Shown one piece after another: positions 9,628 through 18,600 of a DNA stretch of 41,374 nucleotides. The notes beneath the pieces were generated by a model that saw only the letters and a list, made by a program, of their open reading frames with translations, had not been told where the DNA came from and did no database searches. This DNA is from an uncultured Thermoplasmatales archaeon. Lineage in GTDB: Archaea > Thermoplasmatota > E2 > DHVEG-1. Location: NCBI GenBank assembly GCA_964601295.1, contig CAZRMY010000004.1:1-41374 (forward strand), read 5' to 3'. Within the stretch, counting starts at the first letter, position 1. The number at the start of each line of letters is the position of its first letter. The position numbers were made by a program, and so were the translations under genes.

Positions 9628-10844
9628 TAGTTACGGGCCTGGATGTTGTACTCTTAATAGCTATAGCGCTTCTGCTAGCCAGAGTTTTTGGGCATCTATT
9701 TGATAAAGTCAAACAACCTGCGGTTATTGGTGAAATATTTGCCGGTATCTTCCTCGGCGCTATTCATGTGATAGGCATATCAAATATGAATGTCTCTGTT
9801 TTAGGGCTACAGTATACTCTTCCCTCATTTGATTTTTCTTCTGAAGGGTTTACCATTTTTGCGCAAATTGGAATTCTGTTTCTGCTGTTTATATCTGGGC
9901 TTGAAACTAGTTTTTCTCAGCTGAAAAAAACTGAAAAAGCTTCCATATCAGTTGCTATTGGCGGCGTCATAGTTCCGTTGGTACTGGGTATAGGTGCTTC
10001 GCATTATCTGGGTTTTTCTCTCTCGGAAAGTGTTGTTATAGGGTTGATACTGGTTGCTACATCGGTGGGAGTGACAGTTCGTTCATTGATGGATATCCAT
10101 ATGTTGGACTCGGATGTGGGAACTGCAATACTGGGTAGTGCCGTGATTGATGATGTATTAGGTGTATTGCTGTTAGCATTTGTATTAGGCGTTGATTCAC
10201 CGCTTGTTATAGGGGTAAAAATTGTTTTGTTCTTTGTTATTTTCTTGTATCTTGGGTTGAAAGTAATCGATAAACTCCTGGATTTAGGAGATCGAATACA
10301 TCTTCCAAAAGCGTTTCTGAGCATTTCACTGGCGTTTTTCTTACTCATTGCGTTTTTTGCCGATCAAGCAGGTATCGCAGGTATTATCGGTGCGTTTGTA
10401 GCAGGGTTACTAATTGGGAATACGTTGAAATCACGTAAAATAGTTGATGATGTACAAGCTATCGGTTATGGTTTTTTTATACCGTTGTTTTTTGTATGGG
10501 TTGGTGCACATCTCTGGGAGGGTGCACAAGGTGAATTTTCATCATTTGCAACTATTGGTCTTTTTGCTTTTGTTTTAATTATCGTTGCGGTCATTGGGAA
10601 AATCATTGGATGTGGCATGGGTGCTAAACTGGTGGGTATGTCATCTCGGCAATCACTGCAAATTGGCGTGGGTATGATCCCTCGTATGGAACTTGCACTT
10701 ATAATCGCCAGCTCTGCTGTATCCTACGGGTTTTTTGTTACCGCTGACCGTGGTCATCAGGTTCTAGCGGTCACCATTATTCTCACGATTGCAACCACTT
10801 TGATTGCACCATTTTTAATTAAAGCGGTGTTTAAAAAATCATAA
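9624..10844 (+). CDS. Cation:proton antiporter (CPA2/Kef-type Na_H_Exchanger membrane domain only)
   Basis: 406-aa ORF with about 11-12 hydrophobic segments. N-terminus LLLARVFGHLFDKVKQPAVIGEIFAGIFLG is typical of Kef/NapA-like exchangers. No C-terminal RCK/KTN domain. TTG start overlaps the stop of the CBS gene (TTGA, 9624-9627). Confidence 0.8.
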   Translation: MIVTGLDVVLLIAIALLLARVFGHLFDKVKQPAVIGEIFAGIFLGAIHVIGISNMNVSVLGLQYTLPSFDFSSEGFTIFAQIGILFLLFISGLETSFSQLKKTEKASISVAIGGVIVPLVLGIGASHYLGFSLSESVVIGLILVATSVGVTVRSLMDIHMLDSDVGTAILGSAVIDDVLGVLLLAFVLGVDSPLVIGVKIVLFFVIFLYLGLKVIDKLLDLGDRIHLPKAFLSISLAFFLLIAFFADQAGIAGIIGAFVAGLLIGNTLKSRKIVDDVQAIGYGFFIPLFFVWVGAHLWEGAQGEFSSFATIGLFAFVLIIVAVIGKIIGCGMGAKLVGMSSRQSLQIGVGMIPRMELALIIASSAVSYGFFVTADRGHQVLAVTIILTIATTLIAPFLIKAVFKKS

Positions 10845-10867
10845 TATGTATTATCTTTGAATGACGT

Positions 10868-11881
10868 ATGAAGCTATTATTCGAGTTAGCCAAGCAATAC
10901 CCTTCGATTCCACAAGATGAAATCATCGCGTTGTTACATGCGTATAACATTGACTATCAGATACAGCACAGTGATACTGACGTAATTATTGTGAATGTAA
11001 AAACAGATGAAACCCGCTTGCTTGAACATTTATCACAGCGATTAGCATACACGTTCATCATTAATGAATATCTTGGAAGTAGCCCGCCACAGAAACAGTA
11101 TATACTAAAACTTCTTAAACACACCCCACGACCCAACGTTGCAGGATCACTGGCAGTCCGCTACCGAAATCGTTCAACAAAGATATCTTCCCAACCAATA
11201 ATACAAACTATTGCACAACATTATACCTTACACCGTACGGTAGATTTAGAACACCCCGATACCATCATCCGAGTTGTAATCACAGACACTGCAGTACACA
11301 TTGGACGACAGTTACGCACACTTGACCGTCAAAAATTTGATCATCGCCGTGTACATCAACGACCGTTTTTCTCACCAATCTCATTGCATCCAAAACTAGC
11401 GCGGGCACTCGTAAATATCTCACGGGTACAGTCTCAGCAAACATTGTTAGATCCCTTCTGCGGTACAGGGGGTATACTACTTGAAGCCGGGATCCTCGGA
11501 GTCACCGTGATTGGAAGTGACATCGAAGAAAAAATGATTGCCGGCTGCAAAAAAACATTCGACCATTATAATATACAAAAATATCAGTTGTTCTGTTGTG
11601 ACATCGCATCTATCACAGACCACCTTTCTGAAGTTGATGCCATTGTCACAGATTTACCCTACGGCAAGTCAACCACCACAAAAGGAGAAAACACCCTTTA
11701 TTTATATGATCGTGCGTTCACCGCCTTGTCAACGGTATTAAAGCCTGGGGGCATCGCGGTTATAGGCAGTTCAAACCAGACAGCACTTTCAAAGAACCAC
11801 TCGTGTTTTACCCAAAAAAAATGTTATGAAATACCAGTCCATCGCAGTCTCACACGTGTTTTTGCGGTATACAAAAAATAA
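10868..11881 (+). CDS. THUMP-domain tRNA (guanine-N2)-methyltransferase (Trm-G10/Trm11-like)
   Basis: 337-aa ORF. N-terminal region of THUMP-domain size. SAM motif I LLDPFCGTGGILLEAG and catalytic motif IV TDLPYGKS. Confidence 0.72.
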   Translation: MKLLFELAKQYPSIPQDEIIALLHAYNIDYQIQHSDTDVIIVNVKTDETRLLEHLSQRLAYTFIINEYLGSSPPQKQYILKLLKHTPRPNVAGSLAVRYRNRSTKISSQPIIQTIAQHYTLHRTVDLEHPDTIIRVVITDTAVHIGRQLRTLDRQKFDHRRVHQRPFFSPISLHPKLARALVNISRVQSQQTLLDPFCGTGGILLEAGILGVTVIGSDIEEKMIAGCKKTFDHYNIQKYQLFCCDIASITDHLSEVDAIVTDLPYGKSTTTKGENTLYLYDRAFTALSTVLKPGGIAVIGSSNQTALSKNHSCFTQKKCYEIPVHRSLTRVFAVYKK

Positions 11882-11921
11882 CCAAAATACTTTTACCGCC
11901 TATAATTATCCGCATGCTGTT

Positions 11922-12782
11922 ATGACACAACTGAGCATTATCTTCCTTGGAACCAGCGGTAGCTGGCCCACTGTTAAACGTAATGTGACATCAATAGCTG
12001 TTAAACGAGGAAGCGAAGTCATTCTTTTTGACTGCGGTGAAGGCACGCAACGGCAATTTCAAAAATCTAAACTCAGTTATATGCAGATATCAAAAATTTT
12101 TATCACCCATTTCCATGGTGATCATTTTTTGGGGTTACCTGGTCTAATTCAGACTATGCAGCTCAATGCTCGAGATATCCCACTGCATATCTATGGCCCT
12201 GCGGGTATTTCGCATCTTATGTTACAGCTCTTATCATTAGGATATTTTTCAGCCAAATATGAAATCATAACCCATGAAGTATCAGATGGTGACACTCTTA
12301 CTTTTGACGAGTATACTATTCATGCTAAACGCACGGATCATGGTATCCCAAGTCTCGCATATTGCATTGAAGGCCCATTGTTCAGTAAACTTCAACAGGG
12401 ACATACCATAGCATTAAAAGATGGTACAAAAATAAATCCCGATAGGGTTCTTGGTCCACCTCGCCCTGGAAGAAAAATCGTCTATTCCGGTGATACACGC
12501 CCCTGTGAACCTTTGATAGATTTTGCACAAAACGCGGATGTATTAATACATGAAGCAACATTTGATTCTGAGCAAAAAGACATCGCAGGAGATTACGGTC
12601 ATTCAACCACTTTAGAGGCAGCCGATATCGCTAGAAAGGCAAATGTAGACCGACTGTTTCTAGTACATGTTAGCCCACGATATCTCGATGCTAAACCACT
12701 ACAGGATGAAGCACAAAACATCTTCACAAACACAATTATCCCACGTGACTTCGACGAATACACAATACCCTTAAAAAAATAA
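11922..12782 (+). CDS. rnz: Ribonuclease Z (tRNA 3' endonuclease)
   Basis: ORF 11826..12782 trimmed to ATG 11922 (MTQLSIIFLGTSGSWPT), which removes the overlap with the upstream gene. MBL motif THFHGDHFLGLPGLIQTM; C-terminal YGHSTTLEAA...LFLVHVSPRY. Confidence 0.85.
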   Translation: MTQLSIIFLGTSGSWPTVKRNVTSIAVKRGSEVILFDCGEGTQRQFQKSKLSYMQISKIFITHFHGDHFLGLPGLIQTMQLNARDIPLHIYGPAGISHLMLQLLSLGYFSAKYEIITHEVSDGDTLTFDEYTIHAKRTDHGIPSLAYCIEGPLFSKLQQGHTIALKDGTKINPDRVLGPPRPGRKIVYSGDTRPCEPLIDFAQNADVLIHEATFDSEQKDIAGDYGHSTTLEAADIARKANVDRLFLVHVSPRYLDAKPLQDEAQNIFTNTIIPRDFDEYTIPLKK

Positions 12783-12790
12783 CATACAAC

Positions 12791-12797
12791 TTTTTTT
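12791..12797 (+). terminator. Oligo-T (T7) tract 9 nt after the rnz stop
   Basis: TAACATACAACTTTTTTTACA; T7 at 12791-12797. Confidence 0.45.
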
Positions 12798-12894
12798 ACA
12801 AACAAGCGCTAGTGTAGCATTTTGTATTACCCCGGCAATTAATAAATCATAATTTTATTAAGCAATTTTTTGTTGTGGTATACTAGGTTTTTTT

Positions 12895-13359
12895 ATGAAT
12901 GCCAAAACTGTAGAAAAGCAGCGTCCAAGTTATGATGAATATTTCATGGAAATGGCCTATGTTGTATCTAAACGAAGTACCTGTTTACGCAGGAAAGTAG
13001 GAGCGATACTTGTTAAAGATAAACATATTCTTAGCACCGGCTATAACGGTGCACCTAAAGGACTAAAACATTGCGCTGAAGTGGGGTGTCTACGACAGCA
13101 TTTAGACGTTCCATCCGGCCAGCGACATGAACTTTGCCGAGGGCTACATGCAGAACAAAATGCGATTATACAAGCAGCGGTTTTTGGTGTGTCAATTAAA
13201 GGCTCGACATTATATTGTACAAACACGCCGTGCGTAGTATGTGTTAAAATGCTTATAAACGCCGGGGTATCTGAAATTGTGTATGCCGGAGAATATCCCG
13301 ATGATCTTGCAAAACGCATGTTACAGGAGAGCAAATTAAAGATAAAAAGATTTAAATAA
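12895..13359 (+). CDS. dCMP (deoxycytidylate) deaminase
   Basis: 154-aa ORF. Zinc motifs HAEQNAI and [15 protein letters not shown]-terminal [25 protein letters not shown] is typical of ComEB/dCMP deaminases. Confidence 0.85.
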   Translation: MNAKTVEKQRPSYDEYFMEMAYVVSKRSTCLRRKVGAILVKDKHILSTGYNGAPKGLKHCAEVGCLRQHLDVPSGQRHELCRGLHAEQNAIIQAAVFGVSIKGSTLYCTNTPCVVCVKMLINAGVSEIVYAGEYPDDLAKRMLQESKLKIKRFK

Positions 13360-13403
13360 TAAATAAACATATAAAAGTTCGTTCAATTTCGAAAAAATAA
13401 GAA

Positions 13404-13414
13404 AAATATAAATA
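13404..13414 (+). promoter_or_regulatory. Candidate archaeal TATA box (AAATATAAATA) upstream of the wHTH regulator gene
   Basis: A/T box about 35-40 nt upstream of ATG 13447; GAGGAG SD-like at 13435-13440. Position only, no experimental support. Confidence 0.3.
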
Positions 13415-13446
13415 CCATTAAATAGTTTCCCAAACGAGGAGACCGT

Positions 13447-13833
13447 ATGAAACGAAAAAGATCGTTTGTGTTAGACGAAAAAGATGACAAAGCTGTCAAA
13501 TTATTTACGGATCTTGGGATGCCTAAAAACCTCGCTAAAACATTGATGTACATCTCACAAGTCGATGAATGCCGCTCTGCTGATGTTGAGCAAGGCGCGG
13601 ACCTTCGCCAACCTGAAGTCAGTGTGGCCATGCAGGAACTCCGCAAACGGGGATGGGCAAAAAAACGAGATATCAAAAAGAAAGGGAAAGGAAGACCAGT
13701 ACATATCTACCGATTAACACAACACCTACCAGAAATTCTCAAGAGTTTCGAAAAAGAAAAACTCAAAGAAGTCGAACAAATCAAAGACGACCTGGGCGAT
13801 CTACACAGCCTTATAAGAGCATATAAGAAATAA
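13447..13833 (+). CDS. Small winged-helix (ArsR/TrmB-like) transcriptional regulator
   Basis: 128-aa ORF. HTH-like segment RSADVEQGADLRQPEVSVAMQELRKRGWAKKRD followed by a wing-like KGKGRPVHIYRL. Coiled-coil-like C-terminus. Confidence 0.5.
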   Translation: MKRKRSFVLDEKDDKAVKLFTDLGMPKNLAKTLMYISQVDECRSADVEQGADLRQPEVSVAMQELRKRGWAKKRDIKKKGKGRPVHIYRLTQHLPEILKSFEKEKLKEVEQIKDDLGDLHSLIRAYKK

Positions 13834-13930
13834 ACCCCAGACTCCAACACCTCGACGATTACCACCGTATTAATACATAATAGTTATTCTAAGACAATAT
13901 TGCTTATACAACGTGCTCCTTTTGGTGAAA

Positions 13931-15031
13931 ATGACCGTGGAAAAACGTATTCAAACTATTTTTAAGCATGCCGAAAATCAACCAGATATCATTCTGATTA
14001 AAAACGGAACAGAATCATTTATCGACACCAATTTTTTTTATGTCACCCAACTTTCTCACGGTCTCTTCGAAGGCGCAGTAGCCATACTGCACAAAACCGG
14101 AGCATTAGACCTGCTCGTCTCAGAACTCGAAGGAGAACTAGCATCAAAAATCAAAGCCACTCTTCATATTTACAGCACCAAAAACGAATATGAAAAAAAC
14201 CTAAAAGCACTAACTAAACCATACAAAACCATAGGCATAAACGCTGCAGCACTTACACATAAACACTACACGCAATTAAAACAAAGTATGGGGCAACGTT
14301 CATTTATCGACGTATCTCACTCTTTTACCCAGGCTCGAGCTATCAAAGATACTCAAGAAATCCAAAAAATCCGTCAGGCATGCAAGATATCGGATGCGGT
14401 GATGTCGCAGATACCCAATCTTATTTATGACGGTCTTACAGAGTCAGAGCTGGCCGCGGAAATAAATTATCTTCTTCAAAAGAATGGCTCAAACAAACCT
14501 GCATTTGATACGATATCTTCATTTGGTACACATACTGCGCAACCCCATTATACTCACAGTAATACGACTGTGCAACCTGGTGATTTTATCCTCTGCGATT
14601 TTGGTGCTTCTTATCACCGTTATAACGCAGACATCACACGAACATTTATTTACGGTGAAGCCACAGACGAGCAACGACAGATGTATCAAACTGTTCAGGA
14701 AGCACAACAGCGCGCTTTTAACGCTATACAACCTGGTGTACGTGCATCTGAGGTTCATAAACAAGTATATGACTATATTAATGAAACCGCGTATCATGGG
14801 CGCTTTATTCATTCTACGGGACACGCGGTAGGGCTGAATGTCCATGATGGACCCAGTTTCACCATTGATAACAACGAGCCGCTAAAAGAAAACATGGTGT
14901 TAACTGTTGAACCGGGTATATATATCCCAGGCACTGGCGGTGTACGCATCGAAGATGACATCCTCGTCAAAAAAGACGGAATAGAACTCTTAACTTCTGC
15001 AGCACGCACGCTTCATGAGATTCCGAACTAA
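13931..15031 (+). CDS. M24B family Xaa-Pro aminopeptidase/dipeptidase
   Basis: ORF from GTG 13913; first ATG at 13931 (MTVEKR). Metal-ligand motifs FILCDFGASYHRYNADITRT, HSTGHAVGLNVHDGP, TVEPGIY and GGVRIEDD. Confidence 0.82.
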   Translation: MTVEKRIQTIFKHAENQPDIILIKNGTESFIDTNFFYVTQLSHGLFEGAVAILHKTGALDLLVSELEGELASKIKATLHIYSTKNEYEKNLKALTKPYKTIGINAAALTHKHYTQLKQSMGQRSFIDVSHSFTQARAIKDTQEIQKIRQACKISDAVMSQIPNLIYDGLTESELAAEINYLLQKNGSNKPAFDTISSFGTHTAQPHYTHSNTTVQPGDFILCDFGASYHRYNADITRTFIYGEATDEQRQMYQTVQEAQQRAFNAIQPGVRASEVHKQVYDYINETAYHGRFIHSTGHAVGLNVHDGPSFTIDNNEPLKENMVLTVEPGIYIPGTGGVRIEDDILVKKDGIELLTSAARTLHEIPN

Positions 15032-15065
15032 AAAATAGTTACGCCTGATTTCAAATACCTCTTCT

Positions 15066-15302
15066 TTACTTTTTATGTTTATAGGACCAATTAATCTCGC
15101 TATTTATCTTTCTATATAATAGTGCGCCTTTTTCTAATGTTTTACGTTCTAGTAGCACATCAATGGTATCATCCGCTAAAATCTTTAATATTTCTTGAAG
15201 CTCCTTTCTATTGGATTTAAACACACTTATACCGATATTAAGAAACTCACTGATGATCTCAGACAAATCTTCCCCTTCAACGGTAATATTTATTTTTACC
15301 AT
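15066..15302 (-). CDS. Small hypothetical protein (78 aa)
   Basis: ORF 15066..15311 (GTG). In-frame ATG at 15302 is preceded by GGGTGAG (SD-like). No recognisable motif. Confidence 0.3.
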   Translation of the reverse strand: MVKINITVEGEDLSEIISEFLNIGISVFKSNRKELQEILKILADDTIDVLLERKTLEKGALLYRKINSEINWSYKHKK

Positions 15303-15554
15303 ACTTCTCACCCAAAATAACTGCTTATGAAAAAGGAATCAAGATCGTATGATTAAAATCTTCCGTTTTTTTAACAAAAAAATACAGGGGGAGGAAAGGA
15401 AGGGGGTAAACTATGAAAACATGAAAAAGACCGCTAGAGATCTGCTCCCTTCCTCACCATAACTGTACTCTGTTGTCTTCTGTATATAAATATTTGGCGA
15501 TATTATGTCAAAATGACAAAACGTATCTAATAAAAATAGATTGTAGACTTGTTT

Positions 15555-15569
15555 AAAAAGGGAAAAAAA
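15555..15569 (-). terminator. T7 + T5 tracts (minus strand) about 35-50 nt after the stop of the 2195-aa gene
   Basis: Minus strand reads ...CTCCACTTTTTTTCCCTTTTTAAAC. The plus strand shows A-runs at 15563-15569 and 15555-15559. Confidence 0.45.
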
Positions 15570-15602
15570 GTGGAGAAGAGGCTTTTATGATAGATTTTTT
15601 AG

Positions 15603-18600
15603 TTAATCGCAGCAGTCTCCGACTGGTGCTGGACTCCCCGGGATGAATATGTAGTTGATGAGATAGACTGCGTCACTGACATTAATAGTGTCATCGCCGT
15701 TTGCATCTCCGATACAAAGTGGATCAGGTGCCGATGAACCTAAGAACACATAGTTTATGATGAACACAGCATCTGATACATTGATCAACCCGTCATCATT
15801 GACATCTCCACAAAGATATGGTGATTGTTCCATTATAGTTGTTGCCGTCATTTGATTATTAGAAGGATTTTCATCACCTGTAAGACTTGTGGTTATCTTC
15901 ATACCATAAATACCCGGTATAGCATTCCAAGATGGGATAAAATCACAGTAGGCGGTTGACAACGCGTCTATTTCCATGGTTTGTTCACAGGTGTACACGA
16001 TGTCTCCGGGGTCGCGCGTTTCTTCTGAGACGATTTCAACGTCATCAAGGTTCCAGTAGTCGATGTCGTAGTAGTATCCATCGTATTCGAATCGTACTTG
16101 TGTTCCTGAGCCTACATCGTGTCCGATGGGTATGGTTTCGTATTGTGGGCCGACATCAGCATGTATTGGGTTGGTCCATGGGGTGACATCTGTCCAGGTG
16201 TCAGCTTGGTCTGCGCGGGTGTATACGCGGCAGTATATGTCGTTGTCGTTACCCGCGAAATCTTCGATGTAGTGGTTGAATTTGAGGTGTAGATTTGCCG
16301 CTCCGTTGGTGTCTACTGGTGGTGTGTCAAGGTAGGAGTAGTCGCCGTTGATGAGACTCCAACGGAGTCGTATCTCTGGTGCGGTTCCTCCGGCGTAGTT
16401 GTTTGGTCTGAGTTCCCATTCAGGGTTGTCTGGTTCTTCTTCTACCCAGCCTGCTGGTGGGTAGCCTTGGGTGAAGTTTTCGTAGAGGAAAGTTCCAAAG
16501 ATTCCTTCAGTTATCGTACAATTCACGGTAACCAGTTGGCTGGTGTCTCCGTTGTTCTCAATTGTTGCATTCACTATATGATTCCCTGCATAGTGCTCAC
16601 CTGTTGGATAGTTGATGCTGTGTACACCAACATCCGTGTATGGTTGTATAGTAACAATAAGTTCTGTACCATCATTTTCCGGGTATTCATCACCAGGAAG
16701 CTGGGTGAATACCTGTATTGTATAATCATCGGGTGTGATCACTGACCATGCAGATGAAAAATCAACATACCTGCTACTTAAAAGTTCCACATAAACATCT
16801 TCGGTTTCAGAGTATACTAGCGAAGAGGTTTGATCATAGATTTCACAGGTTATTGGCACCATATGCGAAATACTACCAAAGTTTTCAACAGTGGCATTGA
16901 TAATATAATTCCCTGGTCGTTGTATGCCGGTTGGATAGTTAATTGCTGTAACTCCGGTGTCATATCCAGGGATAACAGAAACGGCAGTGTCACTCAAATT
17001 GTTTGCTTGTACTTCATCTCCAAATAACATGGTCTGTACCTGAATGGTATAGTCCCCGGGATCTGCAGACCAGGGTGTGGTAAATACAATGTGATCATCT
17101 GAAAGCGCGGGAATATATATTGATTCAACTGTGGAATAAATATCTGTTAGACCGTCGTTTATTGTGCAGAGAACAGGTATTGATTCATCTTGATCACCAA
17201 GGTTTTCTATCGATGCATTAACATAGATATCACCTGGCTGTATAATTCCTGTTGGATAGTTTATCCCAGCGCATGCTACATCAGTAAAGGGTTGGATTTG
17301 AACATCGATAACCCATGCGTCGTTGTTAGGCTGTGCATCATCAGAAAGAACGGAGGCTACCTGAATGGAATATATACCTTCTTCTGACACAGACCATGGT
17401 GGTGAAAACTCTGCAAACTTCTCCTTCAACGGATCAATAAATACCGATGTAGTTGATGAGTAAACAAGTGTATCTAAATCATCATAGATTTCACATTCAA
17501 GTGGTATTATTTGTCCAACGCTCCCATAGTTTTTCGCCGTGACATTAACGGTAAAGTCCCCGGGTCTATTAAGCCCTGTAGGATAATTTATGGTTGTTAC
17601 GCCACCGTCATTAGCTGCAATAATCTGTATTCCCGTGGTCTTTTTATCATTAGCCGTCTCTTGATCACCAGGTAATAATGTGGTCACTTTAATCCCATAA
17701 GTACCAGGTAAGGCATTCCATACAGGGCTGAATTCTATATCTTTTGTTTGATAAGCATCTAGATCAACTGTTGTTTCAGCGCTGTAAATGATATCACCAG
17801 TATCCCGGGATGCTGATGATACACAAACATCGTCGATATACCAGCCAAGGTGTGGTGTAACGGTTGTTGTTCCACAATGCCATCGAAGCAGAATGGTTTC
17901 TCCCTCATAACTTGTGAGATCAAATGTCACCTCAGTCCAATCAGCTGTTTCACCATTTGTATAGCAGGGCTCATTAGGGATTCCTGTATTGCTTGATGAA
18001 GCAGTATCTGGATAACCTCCTTCTGGGTATATCAACGTCCAGGTTGCACCATTATCCGTTGAGATTTTTACATTACCTCCATCGTATGCCCCACCGGTGA
18101 AATCATACCAATGCCAGAAGGTTAACTGTGGTTCAACAAAACCTAGGAGATCAATGGGTATTGAATCAAGTACCATGTCTCCATAGTTGTTGAAATTTCC
18201 TGCTAAATTAGTGGCCCATACATTTACCCCTGAATGCGCGCTGGAGGGACCTGAGGTAGGAGTTCCCCATTCCCAGTCATCATATGTTCCAGATCCGGGT
18301 CCAACATCATGTGTGTATCCACCATCGTCTATCTCAAAATCTTCTTCGTAGGATACCGATCCTTCGATAATAGTGCAGTTAACTACAACATCAGTTTGAT
18401 CTGCGCTTCCATAATTTGTTACCGTCGCGTTTACAGCATAGCTATCTGGTGGAGCAACCTCGGTTGGATAATTAATTGATAACGTTCCAACATCATTTGC
18501 AAGAACAATATTTAATGTTATCGGGATTTCAAGCAATGGTTCATCTGGGTCGTTACTTGATACATGAATGGTTTCCTGATAGATTCCAACATCGAGTCCA

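Noticed and set aside
13383-13676. 97-aa minus-strand ORF opposite the wHTH regulator gene; similar antisense ORFs at 313-579, 1019-1384, 10004-10348, 13041-13370 and 14519-14845
   Set aside because: They overlap better-supported genes on the other strand and show no motifs.
15606-15614. C-terminal Cys-Cys-Asp of both giant proteins considered as a Rab-like CC prenylation/lipidation signal
   Set aside because: The proteins have Sec-type signal peptides and would be extracellular, where cytosolic prenylation logic does not apply. Disulfide or metal stapling of the dockerin-like fold is the simpler reading.
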